Shown in pieces: positions 59,575 through 64,000 of a stretch of DNA of 64,000 nucleotides; position 1 is the stretch's first letter; each line of letters starts with the position of its first letter. Origin of the DNA: an uncultured Acidobacteriota bacterium (GTDB taxonomy: Bacteria; Acidobacteriota; UBA6911); assembly GCA_963827655.1 (NCBI GenBank), contig CAWHCF010000050.1, positions 32,001-96,000 on the forward strand, written 5' to 3'. The position numbers and the translations under genes were made by a program. A model generated the notes under the pieces. That model saw only the letters and a program-made list of their open reading frames with translations. It searched no databases and was not told the DNA's origin.

Positions 59575-59799
59575 TATATGTACTGACTGCTCGGCTTCCG
59601 GCGAATGCACGGCTCTCACCGAAATCTCACCGAAATTGAACCTCTGGTTTCGGGGAGCGCTGCTACTATCCCCTCGCTATGACTGGAAAGTATGGCTGGT
59701 TGTTATTCTCTGGATCCCCCTTCATATCAAACCGTTTTTCAGCGGTCCTCCGAGGGAGTGCCATCGTGAGGGGCTGCTGCGTAAAGAGAGGACAGTATT

Positions 59800-61110
59800 A
59801 TGGCCGAACGAATTGTCGAGGCCGCGTTTTCAAATGGTGTCGACGCTGCGACGTTTTTTTTGACCGATCACTATGTGATCTTCGATTACGTACAGAATCG
59901 TGTCAGGGATGGCGTTCACCCGCTAACTTCCTTTCCTGTCGGCACAGCGTCCGGCTTTCCGGCCTCCTTCGCCCCCGCGGGGCCTTCCACCAGCTTTGAT
60001 GCAGCCTTGCGAGGCAAGGGGCCCTACGCGAATATTGCGTACTTTTTTCGCGGGCCGGATTACATGCGGCTGCGAACATCGCCGCCGCAGGCATTCGATC
60101 CGTCTGTTTCCGGATCCATTGGCCTGTGGAACCTCCCTCCGCCCTTTTCCACCGTCGATGCCGCATTCAATGGCGCATTGAACCGCGAACCGTACGGTTA
60201 CTTCTTCAAGCGCAACCAATATGTCCGGTACGTCTGGGACAGGTCGGCCGCGGATACAAACTACCCAAAACAGATCAGCAACCTGGTGGGCATGCCGGCG
60301 TCCTTCGCCAGCGGGATCGATGCTGCCGTGGATGGGGCGGGCCCGTTGGCGCATATGGGATATCTGTTCAAGAATGAAAGCTTCATCAGGTTCCGGTGGG
60401 TGGCGTCGGGCGAACCGCATGTTGAGGGCCCTATCGATCGAATTCACGGCAAATGGCCGGGCCTTGCAGAATTGCTGTTGGCAGGAAAGGCGAAGTCACA
60501 TGGGCTTGAGTGGCTGCGTGTCGCCAGGGCTCGGCTGTCGGCGCTTTCGAGCGGCTCGCTGTCACCCAACGACCTGGCCGTGGTGACGGCGGCGCTGGCG
60601 ACTCACTTTCACATTACGCCGTTGGATGCGGGGAACCTGGCCGTCGTATCCAACATGTTCGCATCGATCGAGGCCACCCTCCGCGCCAGCTCCCGGATAT
60701 TCCGTTTTCGGACCGACGACGAAGCCAGAGTCGATTTTGCGCCTAAACCCCTCCCTGCCGACGGACCGGCCGCCGCCTACACATTCCCGATGCCCCCAAG
60801 CCCTGCTCCGCGCATCAATATCACAAGTAACTTCAAGGGACGTAGCGAGCGGAATCGTGTGTCGTCGGTCATTCACGAGGCGATGCACGTCAACGACCCA
60901 ACGACGAATGACCCGGCCAGGCACATCCAGGAATGGTACGTGTCGCCTGCGCTTGCGCCAGCTTTCGGGCTGGACGTTGCCGAGAACGACCCGGATATGG
61001 CGACCCGTTACGATCTGATGCCTGCTTCGGATGCGGTTCACAATCCGGCGAGCTATGCAACCTTTGCCCGCCACGTATTCTTCGGGCACGACAATCGAGA
61101 GATGCCGTGA
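59800..61110 (+). CDS. Hemopexin-repeat protein fused to an HEXXH zinc metallopeptidase (M35-like)
   Basis: Four DAA...YFF...Y.R(Y) hemopexin blades, then IHEAMH and C-terminal NPASY..FA; GAGG RBS. Confidence 0.82.
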   Translation: MAERIVEAAFSNGVDAATFFLTDHYVIFDYVQNRVRDGVHPLTSFPVGTASGFPASFAPAGPSTSFDAALRGKGPYANIAYFFRGPDYMRLRTSPPQAFDPSVSGSIGLWNLPPPFSTVDAAFNGALNREPYGYFFKRNQYVRYVWDRSAADTNYPKQISNLVGMPASFASGIDAAVDGAGPLAHMGYLFKNESFIRFRWVASGEPHVEGPIDRIHGKWPGLAELLLAGKAKSHGLEWLRVARARLSALSSGSLSPNDLAVVTAALATHFHITPLDAGNLAVVSNMFASIEATLRASSRIFRFRTDDEARVDFAPKPLPADGPAAAYTFPMPPSPAPRINITSNFKGRSERNRVSSVIHEAMHVNDPTTNDPARHIQEWYVSPALAPAFGLDVAENDPDMATRYDLMPASDAVHNPASYATFARHVFFGHDNREMP

Positions 61111-61119
61111 ACCTTGCTT

Positions 61120-61189
61120 TCTTCGTGTCTTTGAGTCTTCGTGGTTAGAGCTGTCTAACAACTACCACGAAGACTCAAAGACACGAAGA
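61120..61189. repeat. 8-mer REP-like palindrome, perfect 26 bp stem
   Basis: tcttcgtgtctttgagtcttcgtggt / accacgaagactcaaagacacgaaga. Confidence 0.82.
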
Positions 61190-61317
61190 TCACCAGGAAA
61201 TATCGATGAGGACGTTTGACAAATGAAGAATGACCGATGGAAAATGACAAAATCGTAAGAAACGTGCCTTGAAGTTGTAATACGCATCCGGGATGGTCTG
61301 CGTCGAAAGGAGCGATC

Positions 61318-64000
61318 ATGAAAAAACTCGCTTTGCTGGCAGTCGTTGTGGCTGCAATCCCTCTTGTGCGCGCGCAGTCCTTCACCGGCGCGATCCTCGG
61401 GACCATCAAGGACCCGTCCGGGGCCGTCATGCCCGGCGTCACCGTGAGCATCACCAACGTTGCGACCAACGTGCGCAGCGAAGTGCTTTCGGACGACCAG
61501 GGCGTCTTCATCGCCCCCGAGCTTCCGCCCGGACGCTACACGCTCGAAGCGACCCTGCCCGGCTTCAAGCGCGCCGTACGCGAGGGGATTGTGCTGCAAG
61601 TCCAGCAGCGGGCGCAGGTCGATATCGTGATGGCCGTCGGCGAGGTCTCGGAGTCCATCGAGGTCACCGCCGACGCGCAGCTCACCGAAACGACGACGTC
61701 GTCGCTCGGGAAGATCGTTGACAACCGGCGCATCCTCAACCTGCCGCTCAATACGCGCAACGTCTATTCGCTGATCTTCCTGACCCCGGGTGTCACCGGA
61801 AGCGTCGGCAATCAGTACAACAGCATGAGCTACGCGGTCAACGGGGCGCGCGCCACCATGATGGACACTCTCATCGACGGCGTCACGGCGTCCTTTCCGA
61901 CGGTCAACGGATTCACCGGAATCTCGGTCTTCCCGTCGGTCGACGCCATCGATGAATACAAGGTCATGGGCGCAAACTACTCGGCCGAGTTCGGCCGCAG
62001 CCTGGGGAGCGTGCTCAACGTCATCTACAAGTCGGGAACCAACCAGTTTCACGGCAGCGCGTACGAGTTCCTCCGCAACTCGGTCTTCGATGCGAACAAC
62101 TTTTTCAGCAACCGCCGGGGCGAGGAACTGGGCAGTTTCAAGCGCAGCCAGTTCGGCGCGACCGCGAGCGGGCCGATCCGCCGTGACCGGACCTTCTTCA
62201 TGGCTTCGTACGAAGGGTTGCGGGAGCTGAGCGCGGCGACCACGACCTTCACGGTGCCGACGGCGCTCCAGCGCCAGGGGGATTTCAGTCAGACCTTCGC
62301 CGCGAACGGTCAGCTCATCCGGATCTTCGACCCCTTCTCGACCCGGTCCAACCCCGGCGGCAGCGGCTTCATTCGCGACCAGTTCGCCGGCAACGTGATC
62401 CCGTCGAACCTCTTTGATCCGGTCGCACTCAACGTTCTTAAATATTTCCCGCTCCCGAACCAGGCCGGTGACCCGGTTACCCAGGCGAACAACTACTCGC
62501 GCAGCGGGTCCCAGCAGATCGACATCGATCAGTTCGACGTGCGCCTGGACGAGAATCTCTCGAGCGCGCGGAAACTTTACGGGCGTTACTCCTACCGTCT
62601 GACCAAAGACGCGCCGGCGATCTTCTTCCCGGACGAGCTCACGATCGCCGAAGGACGCGTGATCCAGGAGAATCACGTCCACAACATCGTCGCCGACTAC
62701 ACGCAGACGCTCTCGCCCAAAACGATCCTGACCACGCGTCTGGGATTCGCGCGCACGCTTTTTGTGTTCAACAACCAGGGGCTCGGCTTCAAGCCGTCAA
62801 GCCTGGGGCTGCCGCAGGCCATTGACGCTGTCGTCGACCGGCAGATGTTTCCCCGCTTCGGCGCGAGCGGGTACACCAATCTCGGCGGAAACGACCACCG
62901 GTACAGCGGCTTCATGAGCTACAGCGCCCTGGCCGGGCTCACCAAGGTTTTCGGCAAACACACGCTGAAGTTCGGATTCGACGGCCGGATGCTCCGCGTC
63001 AACGTCTGGGAGGCGCGCAGCGCGGGCACGTTCAACTTCTCGGCTCTCTTTACCCAGGGACCCAATCCAAGCCAGGCGTCTGCCACGGCGGGAAACTCGA
63101 TCGCGTCGCTCCTTCTCGGCACGGGAAACCCGAATGACGTCCTGATCCAGGCGTGGAAGAACGTCGCTGCGCAGAGCTTCTACCTGGCCGAATACATCCA
63201 GGACGACTGGCGCGTGACGCCTCGACTCACGCTCAACCTCGGTCTGCGTTACGACCTCGACACGCCGCGCACCGAACGCTTTAACCGCGTCAACTACTTC
63301 GACCCGAGCGCGCCATCGCCGCTGGCGCAGGTCGTGCCCGGCTTTCCGGATCTGCGCGGAGGCGTGGTCTTCGCCGGAGTCGACGGCAATAGTCGCCACC
63401 AGTACATCTGGGACACGAACAACCTGGCGCCGCGTGTCGGGCTGGCGTACCAGATCACTCCCAAGACGGTAATCCGCGCGGGGTACGCGCATGTTTTTGG
63501 TCCCTCCAACCAGGGGGCCCAGGGGACAGTCGGGCCGTTCGGCTTCCGCGTCGAGTATCCCTGGGTGACGACGATCGACAACATCACGCCGCTGAATCTT
63601 CTGCGCAATCCCTATCCGCAGGGCTTCCGGGAGCCGCCCGGAGCGTCGGAGGGCCTGCTGACGCAGGCTGGCGCGAACCTGCAGGCGCCGCTGCGCGACA
63701 CCTGGACCCCCTGGACTCAGCAGTGGAACCTGAATATCCAGCGCGAACTGCCCGGACAGATCCTGCTCGAGGTGGCGTACGTCGGGACTAAGGGTCACCA
63801 GCTTGCGCGCTCGACCGAGGGAGGGCTCAGTCTCAATCAGCTCGACCCGAAGCACATGGCGCTCGGCTCGCAGCTCAACCAGCTCGTCCCCAATCCCTTC
63901 TTCGGGATCATCAACACCGGCGTCCTGAACCAATCGCAGGTGAGCCGCGCCCAGCTTCTGCGTCCTTATCCCCAGTTCACCGACATCATCCCGCTCTATC
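61318..64000 (+). CDS. TonB-dependent receptor, Oar-like (3' end outside the window)
   Basis: AAGGAG then [19 protein letters not shown]|[15 protein letters not shown]; LPLNTRN; PSVDAIDEY; [17 protein letters not shown]; [17 protein letters not shown]. Open to the window end. Confidence 0.93.
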   Translation, partial: MKKLALLAVVVAAIPLVRAQSFTGAILGTIKDPSGAVMPGVTVSITNVATNVRSEVLSDDQGVFIAPELPPGRYTLEATLPGFKRAVREGIVLQVQQRAQVDIVMAVGEVSESIEVTADAQLTETTTSSLGKIVDNRRILNLPLNTRNVYSLIFLTPGVTGSVGNQYNSMSYAVNGARATMMDTLIDGVTASFPTVNGFTGISVFPSVDAIDEYKVMGANYSAEFGRSLGSVLNVIYKSGTNQFHGSAYEFLRNSVFDANNFFSNRRGEELGSFKRSQFGATASGPIRRDRTFFMASYEGLRELSAATTTFTVPTALQRQGDFSQTFAANGQLIRIFDPFSTRSNPGGSGFIRDQFAGNVIPSNLFDPVALNVLKYFPLPNQAGDPVTQANNYSRSGSQQIDIDQFDVRLDENLSSARKLYGRYSYRLTKDAPAIFFPDELTIAEGRVIQENHVHNIVADYTQTLSPKTILTTRLGFARTLFVFNNQGLGFKPSSLGLPQAIDAVVDRQMFPRFGASGYTNLGGNDHRYSGFMSYSALAGLTKVFGKHTLKFGFDGRMLRVNVWEARSAGTFNFSALFTQGPNPSQASATAGNSIASLLLGTGNPNDVLIQAWKNVAAQSFYLAEYIQDDWRVTPRLTLNLGLRYDLDTPRTERFNRVNYFDPSAPSPLAQVVPGFPDLRGGVVFAGVDGNSRHQYIWDTNNLAPRVGLAYQITPKTVIRAGYAHVFGPSNQGAQGTVGPFGFRVEYPWVTTIDNITPLNLLRNPYPQGFREPPGASEGLLTQAGANLQAPLRDTWTPWTQQWNLNIQRELPGQILLEVAYVGTKGHQLARSTEGGLSLNQLDPKHMALGSQLNQLVPNPFFGIINTGVLNQSQVSRAQLLRPYPQFTDIIPLY

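Overview
GC-rich bacterial window, most likely Acidobacteria (inferred from Oar-type TonB receptors, short-period REP-like palindromes and gene content), probably from an incompletely polished long-read assembly because several genes carry single-base frameshifts. It is almost all accessory DNA. Two paralogous giant DUF11-repeat surface-protein genes face each other (<1-7474 on +, 22477-29879 on -) and share a C-terminal domain. The rest is a patchwork of 1-2 gene blocks: three toxin-antitoxin pairs plus an orphan antitoxin, an S1/P1 nuclease, a GT1 glycosyltransferase, a phosphotriesterase-like hydrolase, a deaminase-like orphan, a ureidoglycolate-lyase-like gene with a divergent cyanuric acid hydrolase family gene, a SelA-like PLP enzyme, an M14-GH88/105 fusion, a two-component system, a Rad50/RloC-like ATPase with a small HEPN-like partner, selD, an ECF sigma/anti-sigma pair, a hemopexin-metallopeptidase fusion and two TonB-dependent receptors. 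Best leads: (1) the ATPase + HEPN-like pair as a candidate defence system; (2) a bipartite ~95 bp repeat present twice intact and once apparently split around 5.35 kb of cargo; (3) the divergent ring-opening amidohydrolase operon; (4) intergenic spacers containing 45-100 bp fragments of recognisable genes. I found no rRNA, tRNA, CRISPR array, integrase or transposase. All family calls come from motif recognition by eye, not database searches.
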